Assembly: GCA_038087875.1 (NCBI GenBank)
Contig: CM075990.1
Coordinates: forward strand, 8,744,001-8,808,000
Length of the DNA stretch: 64,000 nt
Source: Malacoraja senta
Lineage: Eukaryota
Direction of reading: 5' to 3'
This document shows, piece by piece, positions 1-12,121 of the stretch. The notes under the pieces are model-generated. The model ran no database searches, was not told the origin of the DNA, and saw only the letters and a list, made by a program, of their open reading frames with translations. The first letter of the stretch is position 1, and the number at the start of each line of letters is the position of its first letter. Made by a program: the position numbers and the translations under genes.

Positions 1-519
1 TGGACATTGGGATAGTCAAGTTAACCACCTACATGGCTGTAATGACATTGTCAACAAATAATCTGCTGAAGCAACTCAGCGAATGCGGCAGCAAGCCTGG
101 AGGTAACTGGACAATCGACCCTTCCTCTGTACTGAAAGAGCGGAGGGGAGAAAAACGGATCAAAGAGGAGGAGGGAAAGGTGGGGCAAGTGTTGGCACGA
201 GAGGGGTATCCAGGAGGAGAGGGATGGATTGGTGAAGAGAGTCAGGTGGGGGAGAGAGTGGTGGGGATAACAGCAGAGGCTGGGGCAATGTTTGGTGGAA
301 TTAACTAGGGGCTGAGGATGATAGAATCTGATGGGCAAGGGATGTGAGACAAAAAAAAGGGGGAGAGAAGTACAATGAGAGGGGAATGTGAAGGGGGGAG
401 TAAAGATCAACTGCCTTAGATTCAGCCAGTCCGAAGAAGAGTCCCGGCCCAAAACATCTCTGTCCATTTCCTTCCATAGATGCTACCTGCCAAAACAAAG
501 ATGTGTTCATAAGATCATA

Positions 520-900
520 ATATCATTAGTGATAGGAGCAGAATTAGGCCATTTGGCCCATCAAGTCTACTCCGCCATTTAATCATGGCTGATCTATCTC
601 TCCCTCCTAATCCCATTCTCCTGCCTTCTCCCCATAACCTCTGACACCCGTACTAATCAATATCTATCTCTATCTCTGCCTTAAAAATATCCACTGACTT
701 GGCCATCACAGCCTTCTGTAGAAAGAAATCTGAAAAAAACCCCACCATCTGACTAAAGATATTTTTCCTCATCTCCTTCCTTAACAAATGTTCTTTAATT
801 CTGAAACTATAACCTATAGTCCTTGGCTCCCCCACTAGTGGAAACATCCTCTCCACATCCACTCTATCCAAGACTTTCGCTGTTCTGTACATTTCAACGT
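520..900 (-). mobile_element. CR1/HER1-type LINE 3' fragment
   Basis: Minus ORF ...LDRVDVERMFPLVGEPRTIGYSFRIK... is the CR1 ORF2 C-terminus; 3' UTR shared with other copies in the window. Confidence 0.85.
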
Positions 901-1859
901 TCCTCCAGCAGTTTGTATTTCGCTCAAGATTCCGGCATCTGCCGCGTCTTGTTGCTGCCCTACATGTCCCTAAGGTTTCTCTCTTTCAATTACTGTTGGA
1001 GCCTGTTCATCCCATGTGTCCGTTAACAGCAAGTGAGGGAGTTAGTGTTGAGAATTCACTGCTGGAGCCTGAGACCGTTTAAAACAAGAAGAAAGATATT
1101 CTTTAAAAAATTACAGTTCTAGACGCATTGAGTGTTTACTTGTATCATCAAGTCATTTCTTGGAATTCCCTCATCTCATCTCCCTTCCCTGCCTCACGGG
1201 TTGCGAGCCTGCTGTGAATTAGTGTTTAAGGACGTGCAGTCCTAGCTTTTCGTGAAAGGCAAGTCACTTGGGGATTTTAGTTTTGTAAACATTGCTTGTT
1301 GACACTGCCTTTATTACCAAGGCATTATATTTTATTCCTTTTCCTTCTGTGGCGCACACCCAATGCACATCGCAGCTCTAGCATATACTGCTGCTTTCAG
1401 TCTAATGATATTCCTTCCTCGCTGGTACAGTGTTAGTTATTCCGCTCTCCAGAATTGGAATCTCAGTGATGTTCCCATCTATCGCCTTGTGCAAGCATGG
1501 CTGAATCCGCCCCATGCTCTGAATTTCTAACTGCCAGAGGGATTTAATTTGCTTTCAGAATGAAATGTACATACTTCTGACCTCCCCAGGACACCGAGAG
1601 GATTGATCCATTAGACTATAAACACTAAAAAGAGCGAAGCTGAGCCCTGCGGTACTGTATGGAACAACATCAGGACTTGTCAAACTCACTGGGCTGATGA
1701 GAGTCTGGAGCTAGAGTTAGAAATTATTTTCCATGTCATTAAGATTTCAATTGCCCCTTTTCTTTTCAATTTGCGCACATTGTTATGCCCTCAGAATGAG
1801 AGAGTTCCAGTGCAATCTATGAACTTACCATGGTCCAGGGCTTTCCTGACCTGTATTAA

Positions 1860-2145
1860 GAATAGGGGTATTACATTTAGGACTGAGATGAGGAAAAACT
1901 TTTTCACCCAGCGAGTGTGTAGGAATCTGTAGAATTCTCTTCCACAGAAGGCAGTGGGGGCTAATTCACTGGATGTTTTCAAGAGAGAGTTAGATATGGC
2001 TCTTAGGGCTAATGGAATCAAGGGATATGGGGAGAAAGCAGGAACGGGGTATTGATTTTGGATGATCAGCCATGATCATATTGAATGGCGGTGCTGGCTC
2101 GAAGGGACAAATGGCCTACTCCTACACTGATTTTCTATGTTTCTA
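1860..2145 (+). mobile_element. CR1-type LINE 3' fragment
   Basis: FRTEMRKNFF-type coding end plus 3' UTR, also seen at 15226-15545 and 35735-35995. Confidence 0.8.
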
Positions 2146-2392
2146 TTATTTGTGGAAACAATGAACTGTAGGTGGAGGAGTACTTCTTCAAAGTAGATGT
2201 TCCACAAGGAGAAGAGTCCCGACTTGGAACATCACCTACCCCTGTTCTCCAGAGATGCTGCCTGACCCATTGAGTTACTCCAGCACGTTGTGTCTTTTTC
2301 TATATTATTTATGCTTAGCAAAGAGACAGGCAGCTCCAGTTACCTCAGTCCAAACAGAGACAATTTAAGATAAACACAAAGTGCTGGAGTAA

Positions 2393-2944
2393 AGGGGCTG
2401 TCCCACTGCGGCGACCTAATTGGCGAATTTAGAAGAGTTGGCCCTCGACTCATACTCGCAGCATGGTCGACACGAGGTCCAAGGAGGTCTTTGTAACTCT
2501 CCTTCATGCTTGAGAGTAGTCCCCGGCTACTCGAGGCCTCAGCTAGGTCGCGGCGTATTTTTTAACATGCTGAAAAATGCCCGTGAGTAAAAAAAGGTCG
2601 CCAGGGAAAAAATCTATATTTTTTTTACTCCTAGGTTTAGTCGAAGTAGGTCGTAGTGGGTCGGCATGTTATTCGTAGGTAATCGAGGGTAGTCGAATGT
2701 AATCGAAGGTAGTCGAAGGTAGTCGTAGATAGTCTTCAACATAGTCGAAGGGAGGTCGAAGGAGATCGAAGGAGGTCGTCTTCACTCTCCACTATTTTCC
2801 CAAAGCTAGTCGAAGCTAGTCTTCAACAGAGTCGAAGGAGGTCGAAGGAGGTCTTCTACATAGTTGAAGGAGGTCTTCAACATGACACTTTTTCAAACTC
2901 TCCTAAACTCTTCTAAACTCGCCAATTAGGTTGCCGCAGTGGGT
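2393..2944. mobile_element. Harbinger-like MITE inserted in a Penelope-derived repeat
   Basis: Inverted termini (cccactgcggcgacctaattggcgaatttagaagagtt / aactcttctaaactcgccaattaggttgccgcagtggg), right tip truncated; TAA on both sides; internal (gtagtcgaag)-like tandem repeats. Confidence 0.75.
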
Positions 2945-3384
2945 TAACTCAGTGTGTCAGGCAACATCACTGGAGAAAAAGGATAGGTGATGTTTTGGGT
3001 CACGACCCTTCTTCAGACGTTGAAATTTATATTGTCCAAGGAACCACTGAGAATAATAATAGCAATTGCACGATGATTTTAGCATCACATAATAATTCCA
3101 GAGGGCTCCACAGGAACGGATGTCGGATAACTTCAAGCTTGGTCAAAGAGGTACATTTTACAGAGTGCCTTATCGAAGGGGACAGGGCAGAGCATTAAAA
3201 GTGTTTGCAGAAGGAATTCCAGAGCTCTTGAGGCCCGGAGTTGTAGAATTCCTTCTGAGGTGCAGCTGGTTTTGAGGAAGACAGGGCGGTTGTGGGATGA
3301 CAGAGATCTTGGATGATTCCAGTGATGGAAGATGCTACAGAGATTGGAAAGGTTGAGTTGACTGGGGAATTGGAAAAGATGAGA

Positions 3385-3506
3385 TGCGTAGGAAGAAACT
3401 GCAGATGCTGGTTCTAAAGAAGTGTCTCGACCCGAAACGTCACCTATTCCTTCTCTCCAGAGATGCTGTCTGAACCCGCTGAATTACTCCAGCTTTTCGT
3501 GTCTAT
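3385..3506. mobile_element. Penelope-derived hammerhead repeat (fold-back form)
   Basis: Family sequence in both orientations; direct repeat ctggggaattggaaaa at 3362-3377 and 3507-3522. Confidence 0.75.
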
Positions 3507-3974
3507 CTGGGGAATTGGAAAAATTGTTCGAGACTTTTAAAACTGGTGTGCCACCAAATCAAAAAGCTAACTGAATGAAAAAGTCTGGAGACATTCGATG
3601 TGTTATGAATAATGCAAACGATTCTCATTGCCCAGTGAGTTTGCGGCTTTACATTAAGGTTTCTGTCTCAGCAGGACACCAACTGGATTGGTCAATAGTC
3701 TTGTCTTACCATCATCCAATTTCACTCACCATTAATTTGCAGAGTAGATCTGCCCATTCATCTATTCCCCCTGGAAGTTGCAACATGTTCAGATTAAGGT
3801 ATCTCCAAGCTGCTGTTTAATTTAAATCTCCCGAGCGGAGGCGTGTGGCTGAAGACATCAGCCATTCCCCCAAAGGTAGGAGAAGCCCAGGCCATTAGCA
3901 TTCACTCCACACGCAGTCAGTTTCATTCCATCATCAGTAGATACTTAGAAAAAATAAATCTGTTATTATTCCAC

Positions 3975-4247
3975 AACGCAGAAACAGGCCCTTCGGCCCA
4001 CTGAGTCCGCACCAACCAGCGATCCCCACACACTAACACTATCCTAACGGCAACTTACATTTATACCAATGCCAGTTAAGCCAACAAACCTGTATGTCTT
4101 TGGAGTGTGGGAGGAAACCGAAGCACCCGGAGAAAACCCACGCGGTCACAGGGAGAACGTACAAACTCTGTACAGACAGCACTCGTAGTCAGCATCAAAC
4201 CCAGGTCTCTGGCGCTGTAAGGCAGCAACTCTACCGCTGCGCCACCG
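3975..4247 (-). mobile_element. HE1-like V-SINE (tRNA-derived)
   Basis: tRNA-like head (ggtggcgcagcggtagagttgctgccttacagcgccagagac), V-domain-like body (gggttttctccgggtgcttcggtttcctcccacactccaaagac), CR1-like tail. Confidence 0.85.
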
Positions 4248-5277
4248 ATGTTGGGGTGAAATCTTGATCTGTCTCATTTTGAGGAATATCTCTAGACTGC
4301 ATGGTCAATGATGGAGATGCTTTGGTGTTAATATTTCCCATTGATCATGCAGTTTGCAAGGATTGTCAGCACATCATTTCTGTAAGCGCTGATCCACGAG
4401 TCTATATAAATCCTGGATCGATAAATAGGTCAGGAAGTGACCTTGGATATGACAGGATCATTTGAGCTGAAAGAAGGTATCTGTGATCACACACTCACCA
4501 AATAGAACATACGCTGCCCAGAAAGCAATGCCAGTCAACCATTAGTGCTTCAGGAAGAGACTGTGTATGCATTCAAAATTAGATTGGGCGGAGATGAAGA
4601 CAAATGAGAACTAGGGCTGTGGCAAACGGGTTTGCATATGTGAAGTGAGCTGTATACTCATGTGAAGATTAAACACTGACATTTTATAATTTTGTATATC
4701 TTTTATTTTTGGTGCCCTTATCTATTATGTGAATTGGAAGCTGAGAAATCATTACATGCCTTTGTGTGAATTTGGCTATAGAAACCTACTAGTTCAAATG
4801 AAAATGATTCTGCAGCATAATGAATGATTTTATTATACTCATTCTTTGCGGTTACAATTAACAGAGGTAAAGCTTGGCTGGATAGATAACTCACCACGAG
4901 ATACTCAACATTCATCTTGGCAGATCTAAGCCAGTGGCATCATTCATTCCAAACGTGGATGTTTAAATAATGCAGATAAATAAATTTGTTTAGAATGAAA
5001 TCCAGATTCACATTAGAGATACAATGAACTGCAGATGATGGAATCTTAGGCAAAGTACAAAGTGCTGGAGGAACTCAACAGGTTAGGCAGCAATGGTCAC
5101 TTGTCTATTCCCTTCACAGATGTTGCCTGACCCGTTGAGTACCTCCAGCACCTTTTGTGTTTTACTCAGAATCACATTAGCTTATTGTCATATCATTGTG
5201 CAATGAAATTTCTTGTTCCTTTGAAGCTCACAGCGTAAACAACATACATACAGTAATGATAAATACAACAATAGTTA

Positions 5278-5790
5278 GGGCGGCATGGTGGTGTAACATT
5301 AGAGCTACTGCCTTACAGTACTCATCTCTACTCCCAAGCCTTTCTTGACGTCCTCTGAGCGAGGGCTATATGTATGTGGTGATGTATGTATTTAATCTAT
5401 GAACCACTGTTGTATAATCGTTAGTACCTCCACCAATGTAAAGCACTTTGGCCAACGAGAGTTGTTTTTTAAATGTGCTATAGAAATAAAAGTGACTTGA
5501 CTTGACTTGACTTACAGTGCGAGAGCCCCGGGTTTGAATCTGACTACCGTTGTTGTCTGTACGGAGATTGTACGTCACCTGGGTGTGTTTTGTCCAAGAT
5601 CTTCAGTTTCCTCCCCCACTCCAAAGACGTACAGGTTTGTAGGTTAATTGGGCTTGGTATATACAAAAATTAAATTGTCCCTAGTGTGTGTAGGGTAGTG
5701 TTAACTTGCGGGGATCACTGTTCGTTGCAGACTTGGTGGGCCAAAGGGTTTGTTTCCGCGCTGTATCTCTAAACTAATCTAAACTAAATA
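5278..5790 (+). mobile_element. HE1-like V-SINE interrupted by an L2-type 3' end (5320-5510)
   Basis: SINE head and body split by an insert ending gtaaagcactttgg...aataaaag(tgact)n with TSD cttacagt (5312-5319 / 5511-5518). Confidence 0.8.
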
Positions 5791-5949
5791 TTACAATTAT
5801 GAGTGCAAAGCAGCAAAATGGTGTAAGATTGTACAGCAATCTGAAATAGTGCAAAACATTATTAAAGTACAATGATAGAATAACCAAATTGGGTAGAGTC
5901 AATAGTAAGGGAACATGGCAACAGCATAAGGCTGTTAAAGAGGTACTAT

Positions 5950-6169
5950 GTGTAAGAAGGAACTGCAGATGCTGGTTTAAACCGAAGATAGACACAAAAA
6001 GCTGGAGTAATTCAGCAGGACCGGCAGCATCTCTGGAGAGAAGGAATGGGTCATTTTCGGGTCGAGACATCGTCTGAAAAAGGGTCTCAACCCGAAACGT
6101 CACCCATTCCTTCTCTCCAGAGATGCTGCCTGTCCCGCTGAGTTTACCAAACTTTTTGCTTCTATCTTC
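5950..6169. mobile_element. Penelope-derived hammerhead repeat, fold-back form
   Basis: ~90-bp inverted arms around the gtctgaaaaagggtctcaacccgaaacgtc core; TSD gctgt(t/g)aaagaggt near 5932 and 6170. Confidence 0.8.
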
Positions 6170-6184
6170 GCTGTGAAAGAGGTG

Positions 6185-7020
6185 ATTGGTTCAACAGGGT
6201 GATAGGAGTGTGGAAGAAGCTGTTCCTAAGTCTCGACATCTGAGCTTTCAAGCTCCAGTATCTTTGCTCAGAAGGCAGGATAGAATGACCTTTTCCTTTC
6301 AAAGGCATCCTTGATCATACTTCCAGCCTTCCTGATGCAACGCACCATGCTGGTGGACTGGAAGGAAGGAAGTGATGAATCGGTGAAGAACTGGGCCGTG
6401 TTCACCACTCTCTGCAGGTTCAGGCAGTCGCGAGCAGAGCAGTTGCCATACCAGGCCAAGAAGCATCCCGTCAGATGTAGACAGTATTGTGTTGACCTTC
6501 CTCACTTCCTTCGGTCAACAGCCAGCTTTTTTGTCCAGCTGACGTTGTGGTCTAGGTTGTTGTTCTGACACCGTGACACAAGGTTTCCAACCTCTTTCCT
6601 GTGCTTCGTCTCATTGTTGTTGATCCAGGTGACAACGGTGGTGTCATCGGCAACTTTTGAGATTTGCCACCCAGTCCCAAATGTACTGGGTGCTGAACAA
6701 AGGGACTGAGCTCACAACCCTCAGGGCAACAGTGTTGAGGATCAAGGTGGACGGAATGTTACATCCAATTCAAGTGGAGATCTGCTGGTTAGGATCCAGA
6801 AGCCAGTTGCAGATGGAGGCTCCAAGGTCAAAGTCCAGAGGTTTAGGGTTGAGCTTGTTCGGTATTGAGTGGCTCAATGAAAAGCATCCTGACAAAGGTG
6901 TATTTTTGCAAAGGTAGTCAGATGTGAATGTAGTGCAAGAGAGACGATGTCCTTTGTAGATCTAATATACCACTTTGAAAATTGAAAGAGGTCTAGATTG
7001 CCCAGAACACTTTGTTATGT
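6185..7020 (-). mobile_element. Rex1/Babar-type LINE remnant
   Basis: Minus strand encodes ADDTTVV (RT motif) and AWYGNCSARDCLNLQRVVNTAQ, typical of the Rex-Babar ORF C-terminus. Related fragments at ~13190-13620, 14490-14980, 23830-24165 and 29120-29525. Confidence 0.75.
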
Positions 7021-7754
7021 TCATGGTTTTAGCTGGTCAATAGAATAATGTTTTTTTCTTGAGAAATGGAATGATGGAAGTTTCTTTGAAACAGATGAGG
7101 ACAGTGGATATCTCTCTATTCAAAGAGTTTTTGATTCCACCTCCCCAATCATTGCTGAACATTCAACAAATCTAATTCACCGATTATACATCTTGTGCAT
7201 CCACTCATCACTCACCCCCCATCTGTGTTACCTTGTTGGCTACTTCTCAATTGATGGGAATTTTATGGTAGGTCCTTCATGACTCGTCCATTTGGCTCAG
7301 CGAAATTAGGAATTAGAAAGCCCAGGTACTACAAGATGTTTGAAATCAATATAGTCCAAGCCTCACAGAGGAAGGTCTGGAATGAAGATCAAGCACAAAC
7401 ATAAATTAACTGAACATTTGCTGAATCAATTGCCAGAGTACAGAATAGGTCAACGATAAAATTATTCCACTTGAATACAAAGCAGATAGCATTTACTGTA
7501 TATCTTGCTGTAGAAATAACTTTGTGGATATATAATCTTAAATGTAATTTGCATGACCAGAATATTGAACAGCTGATGTCTTAAGGCCACCCATCTCATC
7601 TACTTCGATGAAACAATGATTTGTGATGTTAGTACATTCCCTGACCAACAGGACCCACGGTTACCTATTGTCATCTGTTATCGGCCATGATTTGTCTTTT
7701 CTTGCTTCCAGTTCCACTCCCCCCCTGCCCCCCACCCCGCCCCCCCCTCCCTAC

Positions 7755-7856
7755 AATCAATCTGAAGAAGGGTCCCGACCTGAAACGTCATCTATCCATG
7801 TTCTCCTGAGATGCTGCCTGACCCGCTGAGTTACACCAGCATTTCATGTCTATCTT
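7755..7856 (+). ncRNA. Minimal type I hammerhead ribozyme motif within a Penelope-derived repeat (representative copy)
   Basis: CTGAAGA-A-GGGTCCCGACCT-GAAAC-GTC at 7762-7789: conserved core, stem II, palindromic ACGT stem III, GUC cleavage triplet. Helix I is very short, so activity is unproven. Confidence 0.6.
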
Positions 7857-8082
7857 CCTTAACAAGGGGTGGCAACCAGTTCAAGTTTCTTTTTGGAACT
7901 TCAATTATCTAATTCCAGTGAAGCGATTGCTCCAATAGCTAAACAAATGGTATTTCATTGTCTCCTGTGATCAGGATGTCCTGTCAGGAGCTGGAAATTT
8001 CACCTAGTTATAGCAATTTGTAAGAGGCAGGGAATGCTGGAGTTAGTCAACAGATAACATAGTATCGTTCGCACGTAAGCAC

Positions 8083-8083
8083 C

Positions 8084-8134
<51 letters not shown>

Positions 8135-8143
8135 ACACACACA

Positions 8144-8182
<39 letters not shown>

Positions 8183-8443
8183 ACTCACACACACACACAC
8201 ACACACACATGCATGCACACACACACACATACATACACACACATTTGCACATGACACACATAGACATGCATGCACACAGATGCATGTGTGTACACACACA
8301 AATACATACACACACATGCACTCAAACACACATGCACACACCTAACACATGTTGCCATGCATGTGTGCACACACATTCACACACACACACAAACGCACAC
8401 ACATATACACACACACACATATATACACACACACACACAAACA
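8083..8443. repeat. (CA)n microsatellite, partly degenerate
   Basis: Direct observation. Confidence 0.97.
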
Positions 8444-8764
8444 CTGTTGAGCCCGCTTTAAGGATTCTGCATATTTCTGAAACACTTCTTCCCTTTAAGT
8501 ATGTTACAGATTTTGTTTTCATAAGAACCAAGTTCTGTCGCCCAGCTTGGTTTATTCACATTCTGCAGTCAAGTGTTGGGCCAGTAAGGAGCTGCTTGTA
8601 TTTATTTTCTCTCGTCCTGTTATTTCTATTTATGAATCAATCAGGCTCAAGGGCAAGAACATTAAAAGCAGTGGTTTGTGAGTTATGTTCTTGATGCTTC
8701 CCACGAGAGGACTTGCAGTTAATGGAAGAATAGGTTCAGATGAATGTTGGGGAATCTTTCATGT

Positions 8765-8860
8765 CCCCCTGAGAACACAGATGAGGATTCAATTTAAAGT
8801 TTTATTCACAAGGCAGCATCTTTAACAGTAGAGCACTCCCTCAGTCCTGGATTGGATTTG
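8765..8860 (-). mobile_element. Old DeuSINE-like fragment
   Basis: Minus strand gactgagggagtgctctactgttaaagatgctgcctt...ctcatctgtgttctcagg resembles the Deu domain as I recall it; heavily diverged. Confidence 0.45.
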
Positions 8861-8884
8861 TAGCATGTATTTTCTATTTTTTAA

Positions 8885-9195
8885 TTTAGTTTAGAGATAC
8901 AGTGCGGAAACAGGCCCTTCGGCCCACAGAGTCCGTGCCGACCAGCGATCCCCGCACATGAACACTATCCTACACACACTATGGACAATTTACACCTACA
9001 CCAAGCCAATTAACCTACGAACCTGTACGTCATTGGAGTGTGGGAGGAAACCGAAGATCTCAGAGTAAACCCACGCGGTCGGGGGGTGGAACGTGCAAAC
9101 TCCGTACAGACAGCACCCATAGTCGGGTTCGAACCCGGGTCTCCGGAGGTGCAAGCACTGCAAGGCAGCAACTCTGCCGCTGCGCTGCTGTGCTG
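8885..9195 (-). mobile_element. HE1-like V-SINE
   Basis: Same family as 3975-4247 with (ctaaa)n tail. Confidence 0.85.
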
Positions 9196-10096
9196 TCCTC
9201 TTCTTTATATTGTCAGCTTAACATGTTACAAGTAGACCTTTGATGCAGTCTGTGGTTTTTGAATGAGGTGAATGGGTTACTGGATGTTGGTCTTAGAGGC
9301 TCTGGTTGCAGTAACTCAGTCCCTGAAGAAGGGTCCCGACCTAAAAACATCACCTACCCATTCCCCCCACAGATGCTGTCTGACCCGCTGACGTACTCCA
9401 GAATGTTCTGTTGTGTAAAATATCATGTTTATTAAAAAACTGAGCAACAACATGCCATAGTTGCCGAGTAGTTCACAGCACTGGTCTCTGGAAACTCCTG
9501 GACTCCGGTTACATGGTCTGCAGTCCATTCTCCTCTTTCCTAATTTCCCAACAGTCTTTGAAATTCCCCAACACTCTCAATAGGCCAGTTCATCATTTGG
9601 ACAATTGAGGAAAAGGATGTGGAGGAAGGAACTGCAGATGCTGGTTTACACGGAAGATAGACGCAAAATGCTGGAGTAACTCAACATTTGGGTCTGGCAG
9701 CATCTCTGGAGTGAAGGAATAGGTGAAGTTTCGCGATGTCTAAATATCAAAATCTCAAACCTAATAAAATCTCATTGGGTGGGGGATAGCCGTGATCCCT
9801 GCCCTCCTAAAAGTTTCTGAACCTGGACTTCCGACAGCAGATACTTCAAGGCACTGGAACGGTGCTACCAGTGGCATCTTCACAAAATCGTCAAGACTGC
9901 CATTGGGGTAGGCCTCTCCCAGGCCAACAGCTCCAGCACTGAGAGCCTAATTTTAGTCAGTCGGCTCTGCTGGGCATCCAGCCATTTGCATGCCCAACAC
10001 CAGACTCCCAAAGCACATGTACTGTTGCAAACTGGGAAGAACTCAAGGATGAGCCAAAGCATCCTTGGGAAAAAAAGCAACATCCTACTGAGTCAT

Positions 10097-10372
10097 GGGC
10101 GGCACGGTGGTGCAGTGGTAGAGCTGCTTCCTTACAGCGCCAGAGACCCAGGTTCAACCCTGACTACGGGTGCTGTCTGTATGAAGTTTGTACGTTCTTT
10201 CTGTGACCACATGGGTTTCCTCCCGCATTCCAGGATGTGCAGGTTTGTAGGCTAATTGGCTTCCGTAAATTGCCCCGAGTATGTAGGATAGAACTAGTTT
10301 ATGGGAGATAGCTGGTCAGCGCAGACTCGGTGGGCTGAAGGGCCTGTTTCCATGCTGGATCTCTAAACTAAA
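10097..10372 (+). mobile_element. HE1-like V-SINE
   Basis: gggcggcacggtggtgcagtggtagagctg...ctctaaactaaac. Confidence 0.85.
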
Positions 10373-11394
10373 CAAGACTCCTGCCCTCTAAAGTGAAAAG
10401 GAAACTTTTAGGTTGGTTTTAAGATCAAAGCCAGGCATTGGAAACATCAACCCATGATAAATGGCAAAAGGATTACACCACTTCTTAAACTACTCGCCCA
10501 CCTGTCCTGTTGACATTATTGCCCAATCTGCGAAAACTCCCCTCTGGTAAAGTAACCAGCATGGAAGAAAGTTATCATTAAGTCCTGGGGTATAAATGTA
10601 TTAGTCTTAATCCATATGTTGAGTTTCATCCCTCAATCCCAAGACAAATTAACATCCAAAGGAATGTCCAACAGATAAACTTGATTTTATTGATATTACG
10701 AGTCAAAATGTCACAGCCATTAAAGAATGTGTTTGACCTTTTAAATCCTCCTGTATCCTGCAGTCTTCCAATGTTACAACCAATTGCTCATTCCCAGTTG
10801 TCTCTGCTATCTTAATGACCACACTACACTGGTTTGGACTGGCTTGCCATTGTAAACAGTCTTTCTAAAGAACATGATTGCGCCAACAGTTTCAATACTG
10901 GGGGGAAAAATACATCAAGGAAGAAATATTTACACCTGGTATCAGTTCTGCAGCATTTCTCCAGGTAATTGCAAAACCAAAGATCTTTATCATAATCAAC
11001 AAAAGTACCAGCATGTGAATGGCTTCTGCATTCTTTAACCCTTAACGTAACCACTCAATGTACCTTACGATTATTAAGTCAGAGCCGGGGAAAATGGGAT
11101 GGATGACACTTTACATGAGTGTATATAGTATTCATGGCATAATAGATGAATGAATGACTCAATAGGAATTAGTAGATATGCACAGCGGTAGAGTTGCTGC
11201 CTTACAACACCAGAGACCCAGGTTCGATCCTGACTACAAGTGCTGTCTGTACAGAGTTTGTACGTTCTCCCCATGACCATGTGGGTTTTCTCCGGATGCT
11301 CCTGTTTCCTCCCACACTCCAAAGACGTATAGGATTTAGGTTAATTGGCTACGGTAAAAATTGTAAATTGTCCCTAATGTCCTGAAGTAATAAA

Positions 11395-11600
11395 GGAGGA
11401 CCTGGCGTGGGGGGGAATGCTGTGAGGAGGGGTAGGGGGGGGGAAGAACCAAGGGGGACCTGGCGTGGGGGGGAATGCTGTGAGGAGGGGTGGGGGGGGA
11501 AGAACCAAGGAGGACCTGGCGTGGGAGGGAATGCTGTGAGGAGGGGTAGGGGGGGAAGAACCAAGGGGGACCTGGCGCGGATACTTTGTAACTTAACGCC
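11395..11600 (+). repeat. G-rich ~59-bp tandem repeat (3 copies), part of a dispersed family
   Basis: Unit ggacctggcgtgggggggaatgctgtgaggagggg...aagaacca; related sequence at 22930-23102 (-), 44590-44720 (+) and 52790-52900 (-). Confidence 0.8.
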
Positions 11601-11622
11601 TTTATGGTTGACTAATTGCTAA

Positions 11623-12121
11623 AAGGTCTGTCTCACGAGTCTGCGGTCTATGGCGGTGAAACGGGAAGAATCTGCCGCCATAGACCGCGCACTCGTGAGA
11701 AAGTACAATTCCCGGGCCGTGCGGCGGTGTTCCCAACACCACGCGGTGCTAAAATAAAATCGACAATGTCCAAAACTAAATACTCACCGCACAACCTCCA
11801 CCAGTGATGCACGAGTGCGGCACGGCCGCACGCACGGGCCGCCGCCAGTATGGCTCGAGCGCCGTACGTCAAACCTCCACTGCCACAGCCGCCGCTGGTG
11901 AGTCACGTGCGGCGGGCCGACGTCATCGCAGTCGGCCCGCCCTTTTTTTACTTACCGCAAGCACGTGGGACCCGCCGTGTTTGAATTAACTCGGCCCCCG
12001 CGCAGCATCCGTGCGGCGCTCCGGTGGATAGGCTCGACGCGCTCGCTGTTGCCGCGCGGTCCTCGCTACCGGCGATGCCGCGCTTCACCGCCGATGACCG
12101 CAAACAGGTAAGACAGAGCCT
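11623..12121. mobile_element. GC-rich Harbinger-like MITE (same family as 32183-32776)
   Basis: Ends aaggtctgtctcacg / gtaagacagagcct, flanked by TAA and TTA; CpG-rich body highly similar to 32183-32776. Confidence 0.75.

Noticed and set aside
8133..8694. His/Thr- and Cys/Val-rich ORFs
   Set aside because: Translation of the (CA)n microsatellite.
11623..12121. CpG island or GC-rich ORFs
   Set aside because: Interior of a MITE duplicated at 32183-32776.
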